The notes: generated by a model not told the origin, from the letters alone. DNA of 64,000 nt from a virus (IMGVR_UViG_2597490325_000001:64001-128000), one strand, 5' to 3'. Positions 51,624 to 63,607 are shown, numbered from the stretch's first letter. Translations and numbers: made by a program.

Positions 51624-53309
51624 ATGGAACAAGATAAAGTGTATAAACTCTTTATCGGGAGAACGGAAGAAAAAGTAAAACGATTTAATTTTACTTTATT
51701 AAAGGTGGAAGAAATTCCACCTACTCCTGGAAAGAAAGACTTAGCGTCAAAGCATCTTTTAACTGTTAAATGTGATAAAGATCATATTACACAAGTTAAA
51801 GCCTGTAATTTTAAAGGTAAATGCCTAATCTGTTCTGGTAAGAACCAGAAAACTACGGAGCAATTTGCTAAAGAAGTTGATGATATAACTAATGGAGAAT
51901 ATAAATTAGTCAGTGATTATATTAATAAATCTACTAAAGTTGATATAAGCCATTTAGAATGTAATAGGGCTTTTAAAGTAACCCCTAATGATTTTTTGAA
52001 TAAAAGTAATAGATGTCCTTTCTGCAATACTAATAGAACTAAACAGTATTCTAAAGATGATATGGTTCTAGCTACAATAGACACTGTATCTGAGTATTTC
52101 AATTTAAATGTCATAGATGAGACTGATGATTATTGGATTGGAAGAGATTTATTAAATGATATCCAATTAATCTTTAAGAAGAAATATATCTCTCAATTAG
52201 CTATCCGTTCTAAAAATCAGCGACCTGTAACCAAATATGAGTTTGCAGATATATTAGAGAAAGATGGGTATGAATTTGTAGATATTAATAGCATTCCTAC
52301 ACTAATAGGTGACAAAGAGAAATATTTAATTAGACATAAAGATTGTGACCATGAATACTCTGTAAGATATAATCACTTCTATATCAATGAAAGGCGTTGC
52401 CCTAAATGCTCTAAAGGTAGAAAATTCTCTAATGGTGAAAAAGAAATATTATCATTTATTGAATCATTAGGTATAGAGTGTATTCCAAATTACAGACCTA
52501 AAGGTAAGGGTAAAGAATTAGATATTTTTATACCTAGTATTTCTTTAGGTATTGAGTATAATGGTCAGTATTGGCATTCTGAAAGAATGTCTAGTGATAA
52601 ATTAAATTTATTTAAGAAGACTGAATATTTTGCAGAGAATGGAATACGTACAATTCATATTCTTTCTAGCGAATGGGCTTCTAAATCTGAGATAGTAAAA
52701 AGTCGTATTAGATATTTGGTTGGAAAAATAGATATAAGAATTCCTGCTAGGAAAACTATCTTTAAAGAAATACCATCTAAAACGGCCAACAACTTCCTAG
52801 AAGCTAACCATATTCAAGGTAAAGATAGAAATATTTTTAAATCTTATGGGTTATTCTATAATAATGGCCTTGTATCAGTTATAACATATAATAAGCCTAG
52901 GATTATAACTAATAATAAAAATGATGGTAAAAGCTTAGAGATTGGTAGATTTGCTAGCATTTTAAATACTAATGTGATTTCAGGGTTTTCCAAATTACTT
53001 AAAAACTCATTAGAACGGTTAATGGATGAATATACATTTATTTATACATACGCTGATATGCGTTGGTCTACTGGAGGGGTATATGATGCCAGTGGATTTG
53101 ATTTTGATTCTGTAACTAAACCGTCATATTACTATTTTAGAAATGATAGTGAATTATTCCATCGCTCTAACTTTATGAAGCATAAGTTGGTAGGTAAGCT
53201 AGAGAAATTTGATGAAAATTTATCTGAATACCAGAATATGCTTAATAACGGCTATGATAGAATTTGGGATTGTGGTAATTTAAAATACATTCTAAATTTA
53301 GATGATTAG
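51624..53309 (+). CDS. Free-standing Hef-like homing endonuclease
   Basis: HxxC...RCPxC repeats; ELDIFIP...GIEYNGQYWH; C-terminal domain similar to 34604-36361 (ARKT, HIQG, EY.N...GY.RI...G). Confidence 0.8.
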   Translation: MEQDKVYKLFIGRTEEKVKRFNFTLLKVEEIPPTPGKKDLASKHLLTVKCDKDHITQVKACNFKGKCLICSGKNQKTTEQFAKEVDDITNGEYKLVSDYINKSTKVDISHLECNRAFKVTPNDFLNKSNRCPFCNTNRTKQYSKDDMVLATIDTVSEYFNLNVIDETDDYWIGRDLLNDIQLIFKKKYISQLAIRSKNQRPVTKYEFADILEKDGYEFVDINSIPTLIGDKEKYLIRHKDCDHEYSVRYNHFYINERRCPKCSKGRKFSNGEKEILSFIESLGIECIPNYRPKGKGKELDIFIPSISLGIEYNGQYWHSERMSSDKLNLFKKTEYFAENGIRTIHILSSEWASKSEIVKSRIRYLVGKIDIRIPARKTIFKEIPSKTANNFLEANHIQGKDRNIFKSYGLFYNNGLVSVITYNKPRIITNNKNDGKSLEIGRFASILNTNVISGFSKLLKNSLERLMDEYTFIYTYADMRWSTGGVYDASGFDFDSVTKPSYYYFRNDSELFHRSNFMKHKLVGKLEKFDENLSEYQNMLNNGYDRIWDCGNLKYILNLDD

Positions 53310-53505
53310 GAGATTGAAAATGACTTATTTTGACATTACTGATGATATGATCTATGCGGCTGAACAGGAATTACTTAATACTCCTGGAGAAGGAATCATT
53401 GATGAATCACTTGCTCAGTCAAATGTATTTCGATTCATTAAAGCTGCATTGGAAGCAGCTAATGTTCAAGTAGTTGATTGCCGTATATCAACTTCTGACA
53501 ATTAA
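53302..53505 (+). CDS. Small hypothetical protein (start likely the ATG near 53320)
   Basis: AGGAG RBS upstream of MTYFD. Confidence 0.6.
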   Translation: MIRRLKMTYFDITDDMIYAAEQELLNTPGEGIIDESLAQSNVFRFIKAALEAANVQVVDCRISTSDN

Positions 53506-53570
53506 TGTGTTTAGTTATGATTCATTGATATATAATTTTATTGTATCTTCTATATAAGGTTAATTAATAA

Positions 53571-56006
53571 ATGAAAGAAGATCTAGAGGATTATATAAAT
53601 AGAATAATAAATAAATCCGAAATTCCTATATATGGAATAACTATATGTGAAAGAGGTAAAGAAGTAGATACATTTTCTATTTCTAATGGTAAAGAAAAAA
53701 TCATCCGTAACTTTAAAATATACGATACTGATTATGGTACCGTTATGGAAAAAGTGGTTGACGGTAAATTAGGTAACGGTTTAGTTCTTCCAACCATGCC
53801 TCATGGCTACGTTATTTATAAACGTGCTAGAAAATCTCATATAGGTGGAGGTAGAGTAATTAGGGTTAATAAAGCATTTATCCGACTGTTTTTTAGTTCA
53901 GATATTTGTTTCCTATCCGGTGGTAGACGTTATCAGATAGAAGAAGCTGATCTTCGATTTAAGGAAAAGGTTAAGATGGCTAAGAAGGTCAAAGATATAA
54001 AGAAGGTAATGAAAGAACATGAAAATGCTACGCTACCTTTAAAAGTAAGAACTCTTTTAGAATTAATTGAAGAGCAGTTTACTGTAGAGCGAGCCGAGGT
54101 TTTCAATAAATTAAATATTAAGATTCAAGACGCAATATTCAATATTAGTAGTATTAAATCTGCAAGAAAACTTCTTGAAGAAGCATATACTATTAAACGT
54201 AGAAATTTATGGTTTGAAACTATAGATTTTGCAATTAAAGCTTTGGAAAAGAAAAGAGATAATATATTTGATAATATTATGAATGGCTTTGATTCTCCAA
54301 AGTATCCAAAGAAACTCACTCAAATTAATGAACGTTTATCATTAGTTAAAGAGTTGATGGAAAAAGTTAAAGAAGACAACCAAAATAATCTTAATTCATA
54401 TTAATAAGGAAATAGTAAATGTTTAATAACATCCCTCCTATCATTAAAATTGTTGGTAACTCTGAAACTCTCCAAGCTTTACGTGAAAAGCTTGCAACTT
54501 TTACTCCTGAACAAATTGAAGAAACCTTCCGTGGTGGCTACAGCGATAATGATTTCTTTAATCGTATTATTAATGAAGCTCGTAATAAAGATAAGAAACC
54601 TTCAGTTTTTGAAGATATTCTTACTGATCTTATTATTAAGGCTACTAAGAAAAAAGCTGAAACACCTAAGCCTACTGAAGAAGTACCTGAAGAAGTTCGT
54701 ATTGATCTTTTGAATATGTCTTCTGAAGATATTCAAAATCTTTCTAAAGAAGACCTTGAAAATATTCTTAAGTCTCTTGATGCTTATCATCATCGTATTC
54801 AATCTAGCCGTGACATGGTTTGGAATACAATTATGTTGCGTGAGCAAGAAGCTCATAATAGTCTGACTGAAATCAAATCAAATCTAAAAGATTTCATCCA
54901 GATTGTAAACTCTCTCGCTACTGATGTTAAAATTCAGCTTCCAGAAATAGATAAGGCTAAAAGTGTAGTTACTTGGATTATTAGTGATCGTTTACTAGTA
55001 ATTGAACAGAAAACTAAACAAGTTTTGAATGGTGCAAAAACAGTTGCTAAAGCTATTCAAAATGGTGACATGATTTGTGATAATCCAACTTTCTTCTCAG
55101 AGCAAGTTAAAGTTCTTGAAGATAAGATGCTTCGTATTGATCAAGCTAAACAGCTTGGTAAACAGCTTAACGAATTATTGTCTGCTGTAGGCTATTAAGA
55201 TTTAAAAAACTAAAAAGTCTCTAACTCTGTAATAGGGTTAGAGACCTTAAGGATTATTTTTTATGGCTAAAGAACAAGACCCGATAAATGTAACTTTTTT
55301 AAAAGAGTTATATATCGTTAATCAGACAATGAAAATAACTGGTCGCTATTTTTATGATTTCCCCAACCAAAGATTCATTGGTAGGATAGATAATCGTTAT
55401 TTTTCATTAGTCCATGATACCTTCAATGAACTTATTGAAAAAATTGGAATACAGTATAGTTTTGCCATTAATGGTAAAGAATTCTTCGATATCTTTAAAG
55501 AGTGCAAGAAACCATCTTTTAATGTAAAGCATTGTGTTATCCGAACTGATGAAGGTGATTTGAGTCAACCTATTTATCGTCTTCATAAAAATAACTCAGG
55601 TGAATTTGAAGATAATAAATTCGCTAAAGATTTCGAAGATGAATCTAAAATAATTGAATTTGATATTGAGACTGTAGAAGGTATCAATCCTGTTGAAGAA
55701 GAGTTAACATTTCATGAAGTAATTCTTAATATCTATAAAGATAAAGAAACCTATTTCAGAAATATTGTCTTTAACAGAAAAAACAAAAGTATAGTACTCA
55801 AGAAGTTCGATGAACCATTGGAAAAGAGAATATTTTTGACAACGGATCAGAAGACTTTCCTTAAATATAAAACTTTGAAGAAAAACCTTCCTCATGAGTA
55901 TATGAAAGCGGCTGTAGATACTTCTAATTACGAATATCTCAGACTTGAGTACGGAAATGATATATGGCATTTCCAAATAGAAATGAACGGAATATTTAAA
56001 TATTAA
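53571..56006 (+). CDS. Three hypothetical ORFs (53571-54404, 54419-55198, 55263-56006)
   Basis: ATATATAAT at 53528; AAGG(A) RBS before each. Confidence 0.7.
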
Positions 56007-56094
56007 ATTTAAATCAAAATATGGTCATATATTATTTATATGACGAATTAAACTTAATTCCGTTGTAAACAATACAAATAAAGGATAAGCTATA

Positions 56095-57000
56095 ATGGCT
56101 CAGCAACAAAAAGGTAAAGGCGGAAACAACCGTCGTCAAAACAGTACTTATTCTTCTGCTAACTTCTCATCTTATGATGAACAAGTTTCTTCTTTGTCTT
56201 TCTCCTATGCCAATGAAGGATCTTTTATTGAAGTAGCACCAATCATTCCTACTATGATTGGTAAAACACCAAAACAAGGCGAGAAAGTATACGATTATGA
56301 TAATCGTGTTAGTACTTTCATTTCTCCACAACACGCAGTACTTCTGCGTCGTGCATTGAATAATCTTCTTGAGCTTATTGAAGCTGATGAAGAAATTCCA
56401 GCTAAAACTGAAGTAATGGTTCCAACTGGCCAAGGTATTCGTCGTATTACTATTATTGCTCCAGGCCGTGTTTCACTTAAAATTAAAGGTAAGAAAACCA
56501 GCTTCCCTGACAACTTTATGCTGAAACTGGAAACTAAGAAATCTGATGATGAGACTATGCTAGCTTATCATATTCTACAGAATAGTACTGTAAGTTATAT
56601 CTCTGGTGAAGAGACTAGCGAAGAAGTAGTTGAGCATGATATGATTATGCTCATGGAATTCTGTGAAATGGCTATCGAACTTAGCCTTGGTAAAGTTCGT
56701 CATACTGCATCTATGACTCGTAATCTGGTTAATGCCAACCAATCCTCTTCCTCTAATGGTAGTAAGAAAGGTAGTGCATTCAATAGTATGGATGACGACG
56801 ATGATGGCGAAGATGATGAAGATTATGATGATAACGAGACTGAAGAGGAAGAAACCACTTCCAGAAAGTCTAAGAAATCTTCTAGTGGTAAATCTGCTAA
56901 ACAATCACCTGCTAAGAAAACTCGTAAGAGTATCTCTTCTGAAATGGAAGATGATGACGACGGTGAAGACACCGATTACGATGATGATATCCCGATGTAA
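56095..57000 (+). CDS. Probable single-stranded DNA-binding protein
   Basis: Beta-rich N-domain, disordered acidic linker and C-terminus DYDDDIPM resembling the bacterial SSB tail DDDIPF; early motif at 56027. Confidence 0.6.
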   Translation: MAQQQKGKGGNNRRQNSTYSSANFSSYDEQVSSLSFSYANEGSFIEVAPIIPTMIGKTPKQGEKVYDYDNRVSTFISPQHAVLLRRALNNLLELIEADEEIPAKTEVMVPTGQGIRRITIIAPGRVSLKIKGKKTSFPDNFMLKLETKKSDDETMLAYHILQNSTVSYISGEETSEEVVEHDMIMLMEFCEMAIELSLGKVRHTASMTRNLVNANQSSSSNGSKKGSAFNSMDDDDDGEDDEDYDDNETEEEETTSRKSKKSSSGKSAKQSPAKKTRKSISSEMEDDDDGEDTDYDDDIPM

Positions 57001-57087
57001 TTAGAGTTAATACTCTTTAAATTTCCCCCTATAGGTAAAAGCCTATAGGGGGTTTATACTTTTTTATTATAACTAACAAAGGCTAAT

Positions 57088-57966
57088 ATGGAAAATACTT
57101 TTATCAAAGAGAATACTGATGGGTCTATGATAATTAACCCATTCTCAAGCAAACATGTAGTTCGTGATAGTATGTTTGTTAATTCTCTTCCAAGTTCAAC
57201 TGTTAATAATGGAAATCGTTTTTCAGCTGTATTTGATTGTGACGAAGTTCTAGTAAATATCTCTGATAAATGGGCTAGAAAAATGCTAGCCGTACCAGAA
57301 CTTAAGAAGTTTATTCCAGATTCAATGATTCAAACCATTAATATGGGTGTAATGAACTTACGTATTGTTAACTTCATTGATCGACTTCTTGGAATTGAAT
57401 TTGGTAGTAAAGAGTATGAAATCTTTATGTCTCTTTACAAGGATGATCCAACTTTTTATGATGATTTACCACCATCACCATTCCTTAACTCGGTAAAACG
57501 TACCATTAATTTCTATGATGAAATTCATATTCTTACTAAGATGCCTACTGATGAAGAATCACACGTAGTAGATGCTAGTAAGCAGAGATTTCTGGTAAAT
57601 CATTTATTACCTCTTAAGAAAGAGAATCCTAGTCTAAAAATTAATATTCTTTTCTTGAAAGCAAATGAAAAGAAATCTGATGCGATTTTAGAACAAAAGA
57701 TCAAATTTAATACATTCGCTGATGATTCAACAGAAAATATTGTAGATGTGGTCAGTAATGTTACTAACCGTAGTTATGAAGTACTCGTTCCAATGTACGG
57801 CTATAACTATAAGTCTTTAGAAGAAATTCATAAGATTGAGAATAGAACTGCTCACTCTTTTGCATTTATGTATAATTTCGATTCACCACATATGAATCCT
57901 GATTTGTTAAAAAATACTATGTTTAAACTGTTTCATGAAAATGAAGCAGAACCTAATATTAGTTAA
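57088..57966 (+). CDS. HAD-family 5'(3')-deoxyribonucleotidase-like protein
   Basis: FDCDEVL motif I, FYDDLPP, ILT, K and FADDS. Confidence 0.65.
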   Translation: MENTFIKENTDGSMIINPFSSKHVVRDSMFVNSLPSSTVNNGNRFSAVFDCDEVLVNISDKWARKMLAVPELKKFIPDSMIQTINMGVMNLRIVNFIDRLLGIEFGSKEYEIFMSLYKDDPTFYDDLPPSPFLNSVKRTINFYDEIHILTKMPTDEESHVVDASKQRFLVNHLLPLKKENPSLKINILFLKANEKKSDAILEQKIKFNTFADDSTENIVDVVSNVTNRSYEVLVPMYGYNYKSLEEIHKIENRTAHSFAFMYNFDSPHMNPDLLKNTMFKLFHENEAEPNIS

Positions 57967-58026
57967 TTAATAAAAATGGTACTCCTAAGAGTACCATTTA
58001 ATTATTTTTTTTTCTTAGGAAATACC

Positions 58027-59436
58027 ATGAAACTAGATATCTATGATGTAGATAAATTCATAGAGGTGAATGGGATTAAAGAGGTAACTTCAGCATATGT
58101 ATTTGCAGCTGATGGCGCTCCTGATCCAGACGGCATCTTCTCTTATGATATTTTTGGAAGAGTAGGTTCTAATGATAGGAAGAATAACTTTGGCTACATA
58201 GACCTAAAAAGAAAATTCTTCCATCCATTGATTTACAACGCAGTGTTACAGATGTTCCGTAACTTACCGCTAGTCCTAGCTGGTGAAAAATATTGTATTG
58301 TCTCACCAAAAACTGGTGGAATTAAGATAGTACCTCCTGAAGAGGAAGGTGCTGAAACGGGTATAGATTTCTTCGTAGATAACTGGTCTAAAATCAAGTG
58401 GAACGTAAATGATTCCACTAGCAGAGAACGTAAAGAAGCTCTATTTGAAACCATACCGGAAGAGCTAATCTTTGTTGAAAAATGGCCTGTTCTACCAGCT
58501 TACTATAGGGATGTAAACTTCCATAGTAAAGAATCTGGTAAAGTAGATATGGATGAATTCAATACATTCTATATCAAATTGATTAACACCGTACAAAGCA
58601 ATTTAATTACCTTTACTGGTGCGTATGCTACTCAAAACAATGCTCAAACCATTATCGTAGATATTCATAACTATATATCTAAAAAGATTTCTGGTAAGGG
58701 TGGTATTATCCGTAAAGCTATTATGGGTAAAACTGTTGACTATGCAATTACCAACGTTATTTCAGCACCTCGTTTTAATGCCGAATTTTATAAAGATCAG
58801 ATGATACCATATAACTACATTGGTGTACCTTTGTATAACGTATGTGCATTATTCTTCCCACTGATCGTCAACCAATTAGAGAATATGTTTTATGACATTG
58901 CTCAGTCTACAGAATTCTTTTTAACTTATGATGAAAAAACTGGTGAAGCTAAGTATGCTGAAACTGGAGCTATGGTAACTGAAAAACTTAATAGTGAGTC
59001 TTTAAGAAAATTAGTTGCCACATTCATTAAAGATAAAACTAAGTCTATTCGTACTGCTAGATTCAATCTAGGTGAAGAGCATATGGTTATTTCTTCTCTA
59101 GAAAGAATGCTTGGTAGACCAGCTACTGTTACGGATATCTTATTTAATGCTGCAGCCGATGTGGTATTTAATAAACACGTATTAAGTACTCGTTTCCCTG
59201 TTACTGGTTCTGAATCTCTTATTATTAACCGAATTAAAATTCTTACTACTGAAGATACTGTAGATCTTTCCAATATTTCAGATCGTTTAACAGGTAGTTT
59301 AAAAGAATACTATAAAGCTTATCCACTGATTCCTTCAGCTAATGATGGTACTATCAGAAAAGATAAAGTTAAATGGATTGATACGGTTATCCCAAACAAC
59401 TCATTCCTTAAAGGCATGGGTGGTGACTTTGATGGT
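58027..59436 (+). CDS. RNA polymerase beta' N-terminal/catalytic subunit, exon 1
   Basis: DGIFSYDIFG, FGYIDL, IRKAIMGKTVDY, TRFP and GGDFDG; AGGA RBS before ATG 58027. Confidence 0.9.
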
Positions 59437-60849
59437 AAATTTTGATAGTTTGTATATAGATTTCTAAAAAATGGGAGGTTCCTTAACCATAAAATAGTGA
59501 TATATTATTTAAATAGTACTTATCTAATATAGAGAACTTTTTATGCGTAGGAAAATTGATTTACCTTTCATTAAAGCTTTTATTAGCGATAAAAAACCTG
59601 ATTACGAATATATATCAGGAAAAGTAGAAAATCAAAAATCATTTATTATGATTAGACATAAACCATGTGGTCATGAATATGAAACACAAATTAAAGGGTT
59701 TATCTCTGAGAGAGAAGCAAATAAAGGCGAATGTAAGCTTTGTAATCCAGTTAAAACTTTCAAACGCACTTATAAATTATCTGAAAAAGATATCATTAAT
59801 CGTTTTAAAGAAGTAACTGGAGACGAGTATGTATACCAATCTGGATTTATTAATTCAAAATCTAAGATGCTAATTTTACATACGAAATGCAATACTACAT
59901 TTAATGTAACATCGCATATGTTTTTCGGCACTAAACAGACTCGATGCCCTAATTGCGCTAATCAAAAGAGAAAATCTCATCAATCGATAAATAGAGTTGA
60001 CAATTATCTAGAAAAACTTCTTGTAGATAATCTTTTAGATAAAGACTATTATTGGTTGGAGGAGTATACGAGTGATAATAAATACAAACATCTGATATTC
60101 CATAAAGTTTGTGGGGAAAGATCTCTCATTAGACCTAATGATATTCAACAAGGTTATTTACCTTGTACTTGTGAAGGTAGTAAATACGAAGTTAGATTTA
60201 AAAATCTACTTATTAAGTATAAAATACCTTTTGTAAGAGAATTCAAGTTAGGTAATTCAATGCGAGTAGATTTTGTAGTTCAATGTAAATCTTCTAAAAT
60301 CTTTATTGAAATTGATGGCGAATTTCATGGTCTTCCAGAAAAGAAACCGGTAGATAAGCGTAAAGAAGATTTAATTAAAGAACTATTCCCAAATGATTAC
60401 TTCTTTAGAGTAAATTATAATGATGATTTTGAAAATATCGTTAAAGAAATAAAGTTTAATTTAGATGAAATATAAATTATATTGCCATCTTTAAACTCCT
60501 TTAATTGCTGGAACACCCTTAGAGCCATATAAACTACAACATAATCTGAAAAGATAAGTGTGAATGTTTAAAAATTATATGGATTGGGAAATCAGCAGCG
60601 AAGCTTATACTATTAAACAACTTATAAAGGATTATAAGTGGTATAAGTGTGTTCAACGACTATCGAAAGTATCTATACATTGTATAGAGTAAATGAGTAG
60701 AGTAGTGCCAAGTGGTAGGTATCATAATGACAATAGTTATGAATAATTCCTTTAAAGCGAAATGGGGAGCAATGGATTGAAGATATAGTCTGGGCTATAT
60801 GGAAACATATAGAAGGTTCTATTTGACGAATAGAATCGTAACATAACTG
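59437..60849 (+). mobile_element. Group I intron (1413 nt) inside the catalytic DFDG^D motif, with an endonuclease gene in the P1 loop
   Basis: P1 GAUGGU/GCCAUC (60484-60489); core TTGCTGGAA, AATCAGCAG, GTTCAACGACTA, GCGAAATGGGGAG, GAAGATATAGTC; terminal G at 60849. Confidence 0.92.
59543..60475 (+). CDS. Intron-encoded homing endonuclease (zinc-ribbon repeats plus Vsr/DUF559-like nuclease)
   Basis: Three HxxC...CxxC-type repeats; RVDF...IFIEIDGEFH; ATATATTAT at 59500. Confidence 0.8.
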   Translation: MRRKIDLPFIKAFISDKKPDYEYISGKVENQKSFIMIRHKPCGHEYETQIKGFISEREANKGECKLCNPVKTFKRTYKLSEKDIINRFKEVTGDEYVYQSGFINSKSKMLILHTKCNTTFNVTSHMFFGTKQTRCPNCANQKRKSHQSINRVDNYLEKLLVDNLLDKDYYWLEEYTSDNKYKHLIFHKVCGERSLIRPNDIQQGYLPCTCEGSKYEVRFKNLLIKYKIPFVREFKLGNSMRVDFVVQCKSSKIFIEIDGEFHGLPEKKPVDKRKEDLIKELFPNDYFFRVNYNDDFENIVKEIKFNLDEI

Positions 60850-61008
60850 GATACATTCCGATTAATTGGTCTTTTCTCTGATGAGGCTAATAGAGAAGCT
60901 GAACGTATTATGGATGCACCTATGAACTTTGTAGATACTTCCGGCTCATTAATTCGTAACATTGACCGTGAATCTGGTATCAGTTTGTATATGATGACTA
61001 GAGACTAA
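60850..61008 (+). CDS. RNA polymerase beta' catalytic subunit, exon 2 (52 aa; spliced product 522 aa; not in ORF track)
   Basis: DTFRLIGLFSDEANREAERIM...SLYMMTRD* completes DFDGD and parallels RpoC ...EAQAEAR...GLYYMT. Confidence 0.9.
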   Translation, partial: DTFRLIGLFSDEANREAERIMDAPMNFVDTSGSLIRNIDRESGISLYMMTRD

Positions 61009-61090
61009 AACTAAACCTATATCCTTCTTTTGAGGGATATAGGGTTTAATTTTGTTTTAAAGATATATTATAATAATGATAACTTAAGAG

Positions 61091-62885
61091 GTGATTATGA
61101 ATATTATACAAATTAAAGAGAACGAATTTAACGTTGATATCCCTCTCACAAATTTGAGCTTTATAGAAGTTTGTTGGGATTTTATTTTAACTAGCTTAAA
61201 TATTGAAGAACTTTATAAGATTATAGATGATGGTAGAGATATGGCTGCGCTGGATGTAACTTATGATTGGCGGCACCAAGTAAAATCTATGATATCTGAA
61301 GTATCTTGCAACTATCATCCATATGCGCAATTAACTTATTACCTTCCCGTACTAGTTGATAAAAATGCCCCTATTTCATACAGACAAGATATGGCATGTA
61401 GAGTAACTATTATCCGAAGTAGATATTATGGATTCAAAAGCTTAAGGAAGATATTTGAATGCTAAGAATACAAATAGACCCATTTGATCTTGAAGAAATA
61501 AAAGAAAGATTTAAAAAGAGAACTATAATAACTGAAATAACTTTACGATCCCGATTTGATATGATTGAAGACTATTTACAATTCTATACTATTAGACAAT
61601 TAGATGTAATACTTTCTAAATATATTATCGACGATACAGAGGTTCAAGCCTTTCTAGTATTAAATATTCATGATACTAGAGAAAATTATATAGTGAATGG
61701 TACACGAAATATTTTCGATGGTTATTTAACAATTAAAGGTCTAGGTATAAAAGAAGAACGTCTTTTAAAATTCACTCTAGATGGATTTGACTATCATATT
61801 TTTATATTTAAAAACTTTGTTAAAGGTTTTATAGGTGCAGCTATATGAAAATTAATTCTTTCTTAACTTCCACTGAAGATTACATAGTAGGGTTTTTTAG
61901 TATAGAATGTTTCTTTAGGAACTTATCGGTAGCTATTTCCATTATTAATGGTGATGTAATAATGGGAAGACAGGAATTAATGGCTTTAGGTAGAGCAATT
62001 AATAAGAAACGCTTTATGTACTTTAGAAAAGAAGTTAAAAATTCTTTATTCGTCTTAGATAAAAAGAATCGTATGGAATTGCTTAGTATGAGTCTATCTT
62101 CCAAACCAAGGTATAAATTCGATACATATAACATAGTTAGTATAAGTTTTAAGAATGGTATTTAGCTATATGAAGATAAATAAATTAAATATAAGAGAGT
62201 TAAGCAATCAGATAAATATTAATATTGCTGGTAGTGTAAGTCATGATAGGTTTTTTGATATAACCTACAGAGGTATAAAAGGTTTCCTATTAATGAATAT
62301 AGGAAAAAAGATAGCATTTTGTGAGATGAATGTATTTTTTGCCCATTATTCATATAATACTATTCAGTCCAATAAACAAACTAGATGGTATGAATTAAAT
62401 ATAAGAGATCGTTTCCAACGTGCAGCAATCAATCATTTTGAAGGTGTGAATATAGAACGATATGAAGAACCTTTATTTATAAAAACTTATTATAAATATA
62501 AGGAAAGAATAATATGAAAATCTTTAAGAATCCTTATGATCTGCGTAAAGATACTTTATCGGTATTTAATGACTTTGATGTAGCCACAACTAGATTATTT
62601 CTTTTCCATATGAAATTAATCACTTTAATTCGCTGTCAATATCATAAAGAACCATATCCACCTGATGAAAGGATAGATGTAGATGAACTATATGATATAA
62701 GTATAAATGATGATAGTATAGCTATGGCTATATTTCCTTCTACAAATAAAAAATTGTACGAAAGGAGTAAAGAATCTACTGGTGATAAGCTATTCCAACT
62801 TTATAATTTATTTCATTTAAATTATGAATCATCTATACTAGTTTTTGGTAGTTGTAGAGGTAATAACTATTCATATTTATTATAA
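61091..62885 (+). CDS. Operon of five AT-rich hypothetical ORFs (61091-61465, 61459-61848, 61845-62165, 62155-62517, 62514-62885)
   Basis: ATATATTAT at 61063; overlapping starts and stops. Confidence 0.6.
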
Positions 62886-62894
62886 GGAAAAATA

Positions 62895-63506
62895 ATGAGT
62901 GAACTTATTGTAAAACGTCAATTACAGCATAATCGATATGGTGCCGCCGACTGGCATATTGGTCATAAGAAGATATGGAAGCCTAGAGGTTTCAATTCTT
63001 TAGAAGAGCATGATATGGGTGTACTTCTTCCAGTATTTATGGAACTAGAAAGTAAAGATACTATGATTGTAGCAGGGGATGTATTCTTTGGTTCTCCTGA
63101 AGAATTTGCTGAAACTTTAAGAAAAGCTTTAGCACTTTCTATGAAGCTAAAGTTTAATGCTAAACGAATCAGACCTGATGAACGGCCCACTTTTAATATT
63201 AAAGTGGTTAATGGTAATCATGACTCTAATGCGAAATTAGAGTATCTGAAACAAGAACGTTGGATTACTTCTTATCAGATGCATATGGAAGAATATATTC
63301 ATGGTCATCCAGTGGTTATTTCTCATTTTCCAGTTCATCCTATTTGCCTTGATAGGTGGCATGCAAATGGTCATGGTCACATTCATTCAGATTTCTGTAA
63401 AGATCCTTTAGATGAAACTAAAGAAGATCCAAGATATCGTTGCATGTCATGGGAACGTTATAGAAAACCTATGAAACTTACTGATATCTTTGCTCATTTA
63501 GCGTAA
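62895..63506 (+). CDS. Calcineurin-like metallophosphoesterase
   Basis: ADWH, AGD, GNHD, SH and HGHIH motifs. Confidence 0.88.
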   Translation: MSELIVKRQLQHNRYGAADWHIGHKKIWKPRGFNSLEEHDMGVLLPVFMELESKDTMIVAGDVFFGSPEEFAETLRKALALSMKLKFNAKRIRPDERPTFNIKVVNGNHDSNAKLEYLKQERWITSYQMHMEEYIHGHPVVISHFPVHPICLDRWHANGHGHIHSDFCKDPLDETKEDPRYRCMSWERYRKPMKLTDIFAHLA

Positions 63507-63607
63507 TTAGTCACCTCTTATTGATATATTATTTTAATGAATAGTCGGATGTAAAGTCCTAGTATGTACTATATAATTCAATAATAATTTGATAAAGGAA
63601 TTTTAAA

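Noticed and set aside
57976-58026. Track start MVLLRVPF for the RNAP subunit
   Set aside because: It overlaps a terminator-like hairpin; ATG 58027 has the AGGA RBS
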